Below are positions 39,673 through 48,837 of a DNA stretch of 64,000 nt, in pieces. The stretch lies in the NCBI GenBank assembly GCA_965652295.1, contig CBFGTS010000001.1, positions 128,001 to 192,000 on the forward strand. The letters run 5' to 3'. A program made the position numbers and the translations under genes. The DNA comes from an uncultured Haloferula sp. Lineage in GTDB: Bacteria; Verrucomicrobiota; Verrucomicrobiia; Verrucomicrobiales; Akkermansiaceae. Below the pieces are notes generated by a model, which did no database searches, was not told where the DNA came from, and worked only from the letters and a program-made list of their open reading frames with translations. Every line of letters begins with the position of its first letter. The stretch's first letter is position 1.

Positions 39673-39869
39673 CACTGGCACGATACCCAACGGCCCCTCC
39701 CACGCAAACCTTCGTTTGCTGCCCGGAATGGTGGGCCATGGAACGGTTCGTATCGGGGCGGGCGGGACGTGATGGAAATATCTCCCGGAACACTTGGCGT
39801 GAGCGGCGACATTTCCTGATTGCCCCGCCGGCGCTCGTGTCCGGCGGGCAAAAACCTCCTGAAAAACCC

Positions 39870-40363
39870 ATGCAATCCCGTGCCTTCCTCCTGGCCGGCC
39901 TTGCCTCGGCATGTATCGGAACGGGCTCCGCGCAGCTTTTGTTCGAAGATACCTTCGAGCGGCCGAACTCCAGCGACATCAATGCCGCGACCACCGGCAT
40001 CACGAACCACACCGGAACGACCTTCACCGCTGGAGCGTGGAGGGAAAACTACGAGGCGGATGCCAACGTCAACCGCACCAACATCGGTGGCCTGAACGGC
40101 GATGCCGGCAACAACGACAACCCCGGGATCTTGTTTCTCGCCGACGGAGTGGGGACCTCGAACGTTTATGTGAACCACAATTTCACGAACGCTTCGATCC
40201 TGGCAGCCGGTGGGTTCGCAGTGGAAACGAGCTACCGAGCGGCACCCGTTTCGGCGCCGCCGATGGCGCAGGCTCACTCCTGCTTCAAGATGTCCCTCCA
40301 CGGCCCGGCTATGCGGCGAAAGCCTTCTATCGCGCGACCTCCTTCCACTGGCCGGCTCCCTGA
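39870..40363 (+). pseudogene. Internally deleted or frameshifted remnant of a secreted protein paralogous to the adjacent sulfatase N-terminus
   Basis: Signal peptide plus LFEDTFER..LADGVGTSNVYVNHNFTNASILAAGGFAV, matching the N-terminus of the 40442 ORF. Near 40230 a different frame gives a C-terminal-like ..D..KAFYRATSFHWPAP*. Confidence 0.6.
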
Positions 40364-40441
40364 GCCAGCCGACCGCCCTGAGATTTGATCAACCCAAGAT
40401 GCACGCCGGGGCTGCCGATGGCAGCCCTGGCCTCACTTTCC

Positions 40442-43400
40442 ATGAAGCTGCTCGCCTCCGCCGTTCTGGCGCTATCCACGTTTTCCCAAGCCCAGACGGT
40501 TCTATTTGAAGACACCTTCGATCGCGCTGATTCACGAAACATCGATCTCTCCCTGCTGGGCGTCACCGATGCCACCGGCTCGGCGCTGCCCGTCGACGGT
40601 GTCTATAGCCATGGATTCATCGATCCGGCGAATGAAACCAGCGGTCCCGACGGCATCGCGACCAACGGTGGTGGGGCAGGGATTTCAGGAAACCGATTGA
40701 ACCTGGCGGACGGCTCCGGGACCTCGAACGCCTACATCAACCACAACTTCACCAACGCCGAGATCCTCGCGGCGGGTGGCTTCGAAGTGAGCGTGGCGGT
40801 CACGGGCGTTTCGCAGACCTCCAGCGAACAGGGCGGTGGGTTCGCGATCGGCATGACCGCCGCGCAGGCGGCCGACACCGGAGATGCTTACAGCGGGCAG
40901 GGGAGCAGCGACGGTCTCCGGAAAATGACCGATGGCCTCGGGAACTTGGCATCGGGTGGAGCGGTCTCCGATTTCTGGGTGGTGCTGCGCGCGGATGCGA
41001 CCGTGGCGTGGGGCGGGGCGGGGAACCAGGCTCCCTTTGGCACGGCAAGCGTGGCCGCGAAAACGGGGACGATCTCCGCCCGTTTCGAGCTGACCAGCTT
41101 CGCCGCGGGTTCCGAGGTGATCTACTTCGTCTTCTACGATGGCGGGCAGATCGGGTCCGGAAGCTTCATGTGGGACGATGGCGGCGCGAACCACATCGGA
41201 CTCGATGCGCGGGACTCTTCGGCGGTTTCGTTCGATGATCTCAGGATCTCTATCTTGGGCGGGACTCCTCCGGTGGCGTCCCTATCTTCCTCGGTGCTGG
41301 TCGTTCCAAAGGACCATCCCGCCACCCCGGTGACGCTGAGCTGGAGCGGCGAAAACCTGCCGCCGGGGACGACCTATGAAATCGAGGCCACTCCCCCCGC
41401 GGTGTTTCCGAACGGTGGCCAGGCCGGTTCCGCCGACGGAGGTTCAGGTACGGTGGACGCCGTAGTCGATGGCACGCAGGGTGACACGGAATTCACCCTG
41501 CGGTTCCTGAATGGCACCGGGGAGATTGCGAGTGCGACGGTCGTCGTCCGCCGCCACCGGACGAATGTCGTGCTGATCCTGATGGACGACATGGGCTTCT
41601 CCGATTTCGGCTGCTACGGGTCCGAGATCCGCACGCCGGCGATCGATTCGCTGGCCGAGCACGGCATCCGCTACCGGAATTTCTACAACACCGCGCGCTG
41701 CTCCACCACCCGCTGTGCGCTGCTTTCCGGGCTCTACACCCACCAGGTGGGCGATCCTCCGGGTGCCTCACTTCCTCCTTATCGGGAGGACAACAATGTC
41801 TCGATCGCCGAGCTGCTTTCGACCACCGGATACCGCCGCTACATGACCGGAAAATGGCACTCGGGCACCGGTGACGCCCGCTCGCCGATCGGCCGGGGGT
41901 TCCAGCATATCTTCGGGCAAACCAGTGGCGGGAATTTCCCCCACAACCAGGTCAGCGGCGGCAACCAGAACTCGTTCTGGAACACCGCGAACTTCGGCTT
42001 TTACTCGGAAAACAACGAGATCCCGTCGATCGACTGGAGCGGCACGCAGTTCCATCAAACCACGGGCATCGGCGAGTACGCGGTGGACTTCATCGATCAT
42101 CACCTCGCCAAAAACGACGGTGCGCCCTTCTTCCTCTACATCCCCTTCAACGCGCAGCACTGGCCGGTGAACGCGCCCGCGGCGATGGCGGATCGCTACA
42201 CGAATGCCGGCGATCCGACGCCCGAGGGGATCACCGCGAACGGTGGCGAGGACGGCGGCGATTACTATCAGTATGAAGCCGGTTGGGACCAGGTGCGGGC
42301 CGAGCGTTTGGCGAAGCAGAAGGCGACCGGGGTCCTGCCATCGCTGACGGCTCTCTCGCCCCGGAGCCCGGCGATCAACTCGGACGGCACGGACAACCCG
42401 GACCCAAGCATCATCGTGGACATCCCTGCGTGGGACACCCTCGGCGCGTCGCGTCAGACCGATCTCGCGCGACGCATGGCGGTCTACGCGGCGATGCTGG
42501 AAATGGTCGACGACAACATCAGGAAAGTGGTCGATCACCTGGAGGCGAACAACCTGCTGGACGATACGATCATTTTCATCCTCGCCGACAATGGTGGGAA
42601 CTATGAGGGCGGCCTCTACGGTCGCACCCACGGCACGATCAATGCCGCGCCGGTGACCGGCACCGCGAATCTCGCCGCGATGGGCCAGCCCGGCACGCCC
42701 GATCTTAGGCTCGGCGGTGGCTGGGCGAACGTGAACAACACGCCGTTCCGCCTCTTCAAGCACTACCAGCATGAGGGTGGAATCCGCACGCCCTGCATCA
42801 TCCACTGGCCTGCCGGCATCACGTCGCCCGGCCGCTGGATCGATGACCGCGGTCATCTGATCGACATCATGGCGACCATTTCCGAAGTCACCGATACGCC
42901 ATGGCCGGGAACCTGGCCGGGCCGCACCTTGTTGCCGTGGGAGGGCGAGTCGCTGGTGCCGCATTTCAAACCGGAGACCGTCGACGATTTCCCGGAGCGG
43001 TCGATCGGCTTCGAGCACGAGAGCAACCGCGCGTGGTTCAAGGGGAATTACAAGTTCGTGACGAAGCACTTCTCCTACCCCGATGGATCTTCACCTCAGA
43101 ACGAGCTGGAGCTGTATGACCTCAGCGTCGATCCCACCGAATTGAACAACCTGGCGGCGAGCAAGCCCGTGGTGCTCGCCGGGATGGTCGAGGAGTGGAA
43201 CGAGTGGGCGATCCATGTGGGAGTTCCGTCCAACCGGCTGCTGCTTCCGCCCGTGCCACAGGTGGATCCCGCGCCGTTGGCTGCGGATCTTTTCGTCGAT
43301 ACGTTCAACCGGGACAACGCGCTGGATCACGACGCTGCGGGTGGCGGCATGACGGGCTCGCTGGTGCCGCCGCTGGGTGCCACGACAGCCTACTACGATT

Positions 43401-44389
43401 CCTGGGAAGAAGGTTCGACGGAGGTCGCATCGAACAACCTGATCATGGCGGGCGGCACCGGCATGTCGGAAATGGCGGTGCAGCACAACTTCGTCGATCC
43501 CGCCATTCTCGCAGCGGGGGGCTTCTCGGTGCAGGTGAGGATCGATGAGATCAACTCCGCCGGCGGTGACGAGGCGAACCGCTTCGCTGGCATCGCACTG
43601 GGCCTCAACGCCGCGGAGGCACAGAACTCGAATGATATCGGCATCTCGGGTTCATTCCGCGGTACACCGGGAACGGTCGCTGGCACCGCCGATGCCTTCG
43701 TGGAACTCGATCAGAACGGCAACGTGAAGTGCTGGGTGGGCGGCGTGGTGGTGGAAACCGTCCCGGTCGGTGCCATTCGCGGAACCTTGCTAGTTTCCTG
43801 CGAAACCGGCTCGTTCGAGGCGGGGAGCACGGCGACCTTGAATGTTTTTTTCGAAGGCGAGCCGGTGCTTTCCCGCAGCTTCACGTGGAGCCAGGCGAAC
43901 GAGAATCACATCGGCCTGAGCGCCCGGGCGAGCGGCTATGTGAAACTCGACAATCTGGCGGTCCGCACGTTGCCCCTGAGCGTTTCCCTCGCCTCGGAAT
44001 ACGCGCTTTCGGCCGGGCTTGCCGGAGCGGTGTCGGCACCGGATGCGGACCCCGACGGCGATGGCGATGACAATTTCCTCGAATGGCTGAAGGCTGGAAA
44101 CCCCGACGGATCGGACACCGGCACCAAGCTGCTCTCGGTGACTCCCTCGCCCGATGGCTCATTCCGCTTCAGCTACGCCCACGTCAACGATGCCGATGCC
44201 GCAGGCCTCACCTACACCTTCCGCTACTCCGCGGACCTGAGTGGCGACATCTCAAGCTGGCCCGAGTTCACGCCCGAGCCGGTTTCGTCCCAAGCGCTGG
44301 GTGATCGCCACGAGTTGCGCCTGGCCTCGCTGCCGGCGGTGCTCGCGGGTTCAAATCCGCGTTTGTTCATCGTGGTCGAGGTGGACTGA
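40442..44389 (+). CDS. Secreted multidomain sulfatase (S1, FGly-type)
   Basis: NVVLILMDDMGFSD, CSTTRCALLSG, GKWH, ADNG, EGGIRTP, ELYDLSVDPTE; flanked by two copies of a beta-rich module; C-terminal DPDGDG tail. Confidence 0.9.
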   Translation: MKLLASAVLALSTFSQAQTVLFEDTFDRADSRNIDLSLLGVTDATGSALPVDGVYSHGFIDPANETSGPDGIATNGGGAGISGNRLNLADGSGTSNAYINHNFTNAEILAAGGFEVSVAVTGVSQTSSEQGGGFAIGMTAAQAADTGDAYSGQGSSDGLRKMTDGLGNLASGGAVSDFWVVLRADATVAWGGAGNQAPFGTASVAAKTGTISARFELTSFAAGSEVIYFVFYDGGQIGSGSFMWDDGGANHIGLDARDSSAVSFDDLRISILGGTPPVASLSSSVLVVPKDHPATPVTLSWSGENLPPGTTYEIEATPPAVFPNGGQAGSADGGSGTVDAVVDGTQGDTEFTLRFLNGTGEIASATVVVRRHRTNVVLILMDDMGFSDFGCYGSEIRTPAIDSLAEHGIRYRNFYNTARCSTTRCALLSGLYTHQVGDPPGASLPPYREDNNVSIAELLSTTGYRRYMTGKWHSGTGDARSPIGRGFQHIFGQTSGGNFPHNQVSGGNQNSFWNTANFGFYSENNEIPSIDWSGTQFHQTTGIGEYAVDFIDHHLAKNDGAPFFLYIPFNAQHWPVNAPAAMADRYTNAGDPTPEGITANGGEDGGDYYQYEAGWDQVRAERLAKQKATGVLPSLTALSPRSPAINSDGTDNPDPSIIVDIPAWDTLGASRQTDLARRMAVYAAMLEMVDDNIRKVVDHLEANNLLDDTIIFILADNGGNYEGGLYGRTHGTINAAPVTGTANLAAMGQPGTPDLRLGGGWANVNNTPFRLFKHYQHEGGIRTPCIIHWPAGITSPGRWIDDRGHLIDIMATISEVTDTPWPGTWPGRTLLPWEGESLVPHFKPETVDDFPERSIGFEHESNRAWFKGNYKFVTKHFSYPDGSSPQNELELYDLSVDPTELNNLAASKPVVLAGMVEEWNEWAIHVGVPSNRLLLPPVPQVDPAPLAADLFVDTFNRDNALDHDAAGGGMTGSLVPPLGATTAYYDSWEEGSTEVASNNLIMAGGTGMSEMAVQHNFVDPAILAAGGFSVQVRIDEINSAGGDEANRFAGIALGLNAAEAQNSNDIGISGSFRGTPGTVAGTADAFVELDQNGNVKCWVGGVVVETVPVGAIRGTLLVSCETGSFEAGSTATLNVFFEGEPVLSRSFTWSQANENHIGLSARASGYVKLDNLAVRTLPLSVSLASEYALSAGLAGAVSAPDADPDGDGDDNFLEWLKAGNPDGSDTGTKLLSVTPSPDGSFRFSYAHVNDADAAGLTYTFRYSADLSGDISSWPEFTPEPVSSQALGDRHELRLASLPAVLAGSNPRLFIVVEVD

Positions 44390-44417
44390 GCGGTTTTTCC
44401 GGGTTGTTCCATTGGGG

Positions 44418-44456
44418 TTCAGGGCGGTTCCGGACACGGAGCCGCCCTGAAATTTT
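44418..44456 (+). terminator. Hairpin terminator after the sulfatase
   Basis: TTCAGGGCGGTTCC-GGACAC-GGAGCCGCCCTGAA followed by ATTTT. Confidence 0.65.
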
Positions 44457-44639
44457 GCGGAGAACCCCGCGGGATCGCGGTATGTCCCGATCATCGCCTG
44501 CCGCCGAATCTCCTGCGGCGAGACGGGCGCGGACGGCGTGATTCGAGGGCCGGGTCAGCACTCATCCTTGAAAAACGCCGGACCCGCGCCCGGATCCATT
44601 GACTCCCCGGCCCTACGCGATCCCGTATGCCTCATCGCG

Positions 44640-44811
44640 GTATGCCCCGGGTTGAAATTTTCCCTAAGGTCACCTGAGAACTGAGCAGCGATGCTCGACC
44701 GGGAAACCGGTCAAGGCACAGCGGTTCGGTTCGGGACAACAAAACAAAGGGAATAGAGGGGTGGCCTAATGACTTCCGGGGGGATGTCGATGGGTCACCC
44801 CCTTTGTTTTC
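44640..44811 (+). ncRNA. Candidate structured RNA or attenuator upstream of hisG
   Basis: Hairpins GAGCA-GCGA-TGCTC and GACCGG-GAAA-CCGGTC; terminator-like GGGGTGGCC...GGTCACCCC-TTTGTTTT; alternative pairing with upstream AGGTCACC. Confidence 0.4.
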
Positions 44812-44885
44812 AGGGATTTCCGGTGTTTTCCCACCAAAACTTCCCTTGCCTCCCAGGCCCTCCGGCGCTATCCCCGCCGCCCGCG

Positions 44886-45773
44886 ATGTCCGAGACCGCA
44901 GAGAAATCCCTCAAGCTCGCCCTGCCGAAGGGCAGCTTGCAGCAACCGACCCTCGATCTTTTCGAGAAGGCCGGCTACAACATCTATGTCTCGTCCCGCG
45001 GCTACCGGCCTTCCTCGGACGACAACGATCTCGACCTGTTCCTGATCCGTGCGCAGGAAATCGGACGCTACATCGGCCAGGGATTCATCGACTGCGGGAT
45101 CACCGGGCTCGATTGGGCATCGGAAGCCGGCAGCGAGCTGGTGGACCTCGCCGAGCTGCCGTATTCGCGCGCCACCGTCCGCCCGACGCGTTGGGTGCTC
45201 GTGGTGCCCGAGGATTCTCCGATCCGGACGCCCCAAGACCTCGAAGGAAAACGCATCGCCACTGAAGGCGTGGGCATCACCCAGCGCTACCTCGCGGAAA
45301 AAGGCATCAAGGCCGAAGTGGAATTTTCCTGGGGCGCGACCGAGGTGAAGGTCCCCGATTTGGTCGACGCCATCGTCGATGTCACCGAGACGGGGTCTTC
45401 GATCAAAGCCAACAAGCTGCGCATCGTCGATACGCTGCTGACCTCCTTCCCTCACTTCTACGCCAGTCCCGCAGCTGCGGCGGATGCCTGGAAGCGCGAG
45501 AAGATGGACCGCATCTGCATGATGCTCAAGGCGGCTCTCGACGCCCGCGACAAGGTGGGCCTCAAAATGAACCTGCCCGCCGACCGGCTCGAAGCGATGC
45601 TCCAGCGCCTGCCTTCGCTGCGGCGTCCGACCGTCTCGCAGCTCGCCGAGGACAACTGGGTGGCGGTCGAGGTCGTCATCGAGGAAAAAGTCGTCCGCCA
45701 CATCATTCCCGAGCTGAAGCAACTCGGTGCCGAAGGCATCATCGAGTATCCGCTCAACAAGCTCGTTCCCTGA
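44886..45773 (+). CDS. hisG: ATP phosphoribosyltransferase, long form
   Basis: LALPKGSL, RAQEI, GITGLD, SWGATEVK..DAIVDVTETGSS, C-terminal regulatory domain PTVS..LGAEGIIEY. Confidence 0.93.
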   Translation: MSETAEKSLKLALPKGSLQQPTLDLFEKAGYNIYVSSRGYRPSSDDNDLDLFLIRAQEIGRYIGQGFIDCGITGLDWASEAGSELVDLAELPYSRATVRPTRWVLVVPEDSPIRTPQDLEGKRIATEGVGITQRYLAEKGIKAEVEFSWGATEVKVPDLVDAIVDVTETGSSIKANKLRIVDTLLTSFPHFYASPAAAADAWKREKMDRICMMLKAALDARDKVGLKMNLPADRLEAMLQRLPSLRRPTVSQLAEDNWVAVEVVIEEKVVRHIIPELKQLGAEGIIEYPLNKLVP

Positions 45774-45814
45774 ATTTTCCACGCCAACAACGATAACCCC
45801 GAACCGAAACGCTC

Positions 45815-45919
45815 ATGGGATCGCTCAAAAAGCGCCGTAAGGCCAAGATCAACAAGCACAAGCGCAAGAAGCGCATGAAGCAGAACCGCCACAAGAAGCG
45901 GCTCCGCTACAAGTCCTGA
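45815..45919 (+). CDS. Small basic ribosomal protein, bS22/mS38 (AURKAIP1/COX24 domain); absent from the ORF track
   Basis: MGSLKKRRKAKINKHKRKKRMKQNRHKKRLRYKS* (34 aa), followed by a hairpin terminator. Confidence 0.85.
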   Translation: MGSLKKRRKAKINKHKRKKRMKQNRHKKRLRYKS

Positions 45920-45961
45920 CGCTTGCGTCAGCGATTGCTTGATTTGATCCAAGCAACCGAA

Positions 45962-46000
45962 ACCAGACAGGGGTCCGGGAAACCGGGTCCCTCGTTTGGT
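45962..46000 (+). terminator. Terminator after hisG and the bS22-like gene
   Basis: AGGGGTCCGG-GAAA-CCGGGTCCCT stem followed by CGTTTGGT. Confidence 0.6.
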
Positions 46001-46131
46001 GTACGGATGGTGTGGAAATTCGGACGCTCCTCTCCGGAGTCGTCGGCCGCGGATCCGGGAGAGCAGCTTTTTGGATGAGAATCCGCGGTCCTGTGGTTGT
46101 CAGGATCAGTCGGATCGCGTTGCCTTGAGCC

Positions 46132-48246
46132 GTGGGGTTTCCCGAGGGTTTTCTTTTCGGCACGGCGAACGCGGACCACCAGGTCGAGGCGCACGATCCT
46201 GAACGTGAGGACGTCTGGGATCTGTGGGAACGCAGCCAGGAATTGACGCCGCGGGGTCGGGGTACGGATTTCGAAAACCGGTACGAGGAAGACATCGCGG
46301 CGGCGGCTGCGATGGGCTGCCGTTTATTCCGTTTCTCGATCGCCTGGGCCAGGGTCGAACCGGAGTGCGGGCACTTCGATGCCGCGGCGCTGGATCATTA
46401 CCGACGGGTGGCGGAGTGCGTGAAACGCCACGGGATGGAGGTGATGGTGACCCTCCACCATTTCGTGTGGCCCCTTTGGCTGGAGCGGGATCACGGCGGT
46501 ATGATCGGCGACGCGTTCCCCGATCTGTTCTCCCGCTACGCCGACCGGGTGGCGGAGGCTCTTGACGGGGTGATTGACTGGTGGATCACCTTCAACGAGC
46601 CCAGCCAGCTGACTTTTGGCTACATCAAGCCGTGGTGGCAGAGCCGCTACTACATGCCGCCGGGGTTGCCCCGTGGGTCATCCGTCGACTCCGAAGCCGA
46701 GGCGGTGGGGAAGCTGGTGCCGAACCTGTTCCGGGCGCACGCGCGTGCCCGGCAGGCGGTCCGGCGGCGCATGCCCGGGGCGCGGGTCGGGGTGAACCCG
46801 CTGGTCACCGGCTTTCCCGGTTGGTTGCAGAGTCTCATGGACTGGGGGGCGTGTCATCGCGGTTTATCCGAGGCGCTGTTCAAGTTCACCACCCGCAGCG
46901 CCCTGGTTTCAGAGCGTTCGCAGGTGGACATCGTGATCGGTGGCATCAGCGGAGCGGATCAAACCCGTTACGAGATCAGTCATCCCTATCTCCACACCGG
47001 CAAGGCGGTGCTGGTGCGTGGGGATTTTCCCGGCTCTGGAAAGGATGGTTTGGTGGGACGGAAGGTGGGCGTCGTGGGCGTGGGAAATCAGGAGATTTCC
47101 TGGCGGCGCGATCTGCCGGAGGGTGCCCGGCGCGTCGTCCTCACCAACTACCATGAAGCGCGGCAGTGTCTCCGCGACGAGGCGGTGGACGCGATCTATG
47201 GCGATGCCTTCTATCTTCTTCCCGAGGGCTTGGAGGACGCCGGCGACTTCCGTTGGCTGTTGACCGGGCTGACCGACGAGCATTATGTCGTGGCCGCGGC
47301 CCACGGCCATGGGCGGCTCATGGCGGTGGTGAACAAGGTGGTAGCGGAGCTGCGTGGAGCTGAGGGCGTGTGGCCGGATCATCCGGGTGTGCCGGCGACC
47401 TCCCTGCATGAGGTTTTCCGAGGTGGCGACAGTCTGCCCGATCAGATGTCGAGCGCCCGTGGCGTGCGGCGGGTGAAGCGCCGGGGCCGCCTGCGGGTGG
47501 GGTTCCGCACCGATGCAGCGGGGCTTTCCTGCGATTGTCAGCAAGGCGGCACGGAGATGGAGCTGGCGCGCCGTATCGCCGAGGCCTTGCTGGGGGACCG
47601 GGAAGCGGTCGAGTTCGTCCCGCTCGAACCGGCGAAGCGCCTGGAGGTTCTCGAATCGAAGACGACCTGGTTGAACTGGGCGTGGCGGTTCTGGGGAACC
47701 ACCAGCCTCATCGCCAATGCCAACTGGTGGTATCTCGGCATGTTGGGAAGACTGCCGCGGGAGCTATGCCCCGAAGAGGCGGTCGGAGCTCAGGATTTTG
47801 TGGGGCTCGACTATTACTGGGGCCTCCCGACGTGGAAGCTGCACCGCTTCCGTTTGTTGGAGGAGGCGGCTCATGGCCGGTTCCTCAAGGCTCCGGTGTG
47901 GCCCCGGGGCCTGCGGAATGCTCTGAGACGGTTTTCCAAATGGTTTCCGGACCACGAGCTTCTCATCGTCGAGAACGGCTGTCCGCCCGAGGCCGGGGGG
48001 ATGAAACGCGGCGACTACATGGATGCCCACCTCCGGGAGGTGAAGGCGGCGCTGGCCGAGGGGATTCCGGTCCGGGCCTACAATTGGTGGTCGGTCACCT
48101 CCAACCGCGAGTGGGGGCACGCCTTCGACCCGAACACCGACTTCGGTCTCTACTTCGTCGATCTCGACAAGGACCCGGGGCTGACGCGGATCGCCACGCC
48201 GGAGACATTGCGCTATCACCAATGGATCACCGGCGGGCGCGTCTAG
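46132..48246 (+). CDS. Glycoside hydrolase family 1 with an inserted SBP-family-3 (PBPb) domain
   Basis: FPEGFLFGTANADHQVE, RFSIAWARVEP, TLHHF, TFNEP (acid/base), DFVGLDYY, IVENG (nucleophile), WS..NREW..FGL; about 245-aa insert with SBP features. Confidence 0.85.
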   Translation: MGFPEGFLFGTANADHQVEAHDPEREDVWDLWERSQELTPRGRGTDFENRYEEDIAAAAAMGCRLFRFSIAWARVEPECGHFDAAALDHYRRVAECVKRHGMEVMVTLHHFVWPLWLERDHGGMIGDAFPDLFSRYADRVAEALDGVIDWWITFNEPSQLTFGYIKPWWQSRYYMPPGLPRGSSVDSEAEAVGKLVPNLFRAHARARQAVRRRMPGARVGVNPLVTGFPGWLQSLMDWGACHRGLSEALFKFTTRSALVSERSQVDIVIGGISGADQTRYEISHPYLHTGKAVLVRGDFPGSGKDGLVGRKVGVVGVGNQEISWRRDLPEGARRVVLTNYHEARQCLRDEAVDAIYGDAFYLLPEGLEDAGDFRWLLTGLTDEHYVVAAAHGHGRLMAVVNKVVAELRGAEGVWPDHPGVPATSLHEVFRGGDSLPDQMSSARGVRRVKRRGRLRVGFRTDAAGLSCDCQQGGTEMELARRIAEALLGDREAVEFVPLEPAKRLEVLESKTTWLNWAWRFWGTTSLIANANWWYLGMLGRLPRELCPEEAVGAQDFVGLDYYWGLPTWKLHRFRLLEEAAHGRFLKAPVWPRGLRNALRRFSKWFPDHELLIVENGCPPEAGGMKRGDYMDAHLREVKAALAEGIPVRAYNWWSVTSNREWGHAFDPNTDFGLYFVDLDKDPGLTRIATPETLRYHQWITGGRV

Positions 48247-48292
48247 AAAGCAGGTGGGTTGCGGATCTTTGAAATCGGCCGCATTCCCGGAC

Positions 48293-48664
48293 TCACTTCC
48301 ACGTCAGAGCACCCTTCTTGAGCGCATAGACGTAGGCGAATGCCAGAATGCCGGCGAAGCCGGAAATGCTGACCAGTGCGGTGGGATCCCCATGGTGGAC
48401 GAGGTCGCGGAACTGGACCGCCCACGGATACATGAAGACCACTTCGATGTCGAAAATGACGAAGAGCATCGCCACGAGGTAGAACTTCACGGAGAAGCGC
48501 GGAGCGCCTTCCCCGATCGGGAGCATGCCGCACTCGTAGGCGGTATCCTTCATGGCGTTGCGGCGGGCGGACTTGCCGAGGGCGACGCTGAGACCCAGGG
48601 CCACGGCCGCGAATCCCACGGCGCAGAGGATCTGGATGAAAACGGGAAGGAATTGTTCGTTCAT
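48293..48664 (-). CDS. nuoA: NADH-quinone oxidoreductase subunit A
   Basis: KDTAYECG..RFSVKFYLVAMLFVIFDIEVVFMYPWA..KKGALTW. Confidence 0.93.
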   Translation of the reverse strand: MNEQFLPVFIQILCAVGFAAVALGLSVALGKSARRNAMKDTAYECGMLPIGEGAPRFSVKFYLVAMLFVIFDIEVVFMYPWAVQFRDLVHHGDPTALVSISGFAGILAFAYVYALKKGALTWK

Positions 48665-48779
48665 CGGGACGCCCGGGGGATAGCGGCGGGGGGTGAACGT
48701 GCCAAGCGTGAAAGCAGCCATGAGAGACCGTCGGACGGTCGTGGCGGCACCGGCTGGAGGACGGAGGCACCTCCTTTCC

Positions 48780-48815
48780 AAAAAAAAGCCCGCTTCCGGC
48801 TGACCGGAAGCGGGT
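48780..48815 (-). terminator. Intrinsic terminator of the 48838-49146 gene
   Basis: A8 run then GCCCGCTTCCGG-CTGA-CCGGAAGCGGGT. Confidence 0.75.
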
Positions 48816-48837
48816 CTCAGGGAAAGCTTACCTAGCT

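Noticed and set aside
44460..44885. His leader-peptide attenuator or T-box before hisG
   Set aside because: No run of His codons and no convincing T-box (GGTGGNACCGCG) sequence.
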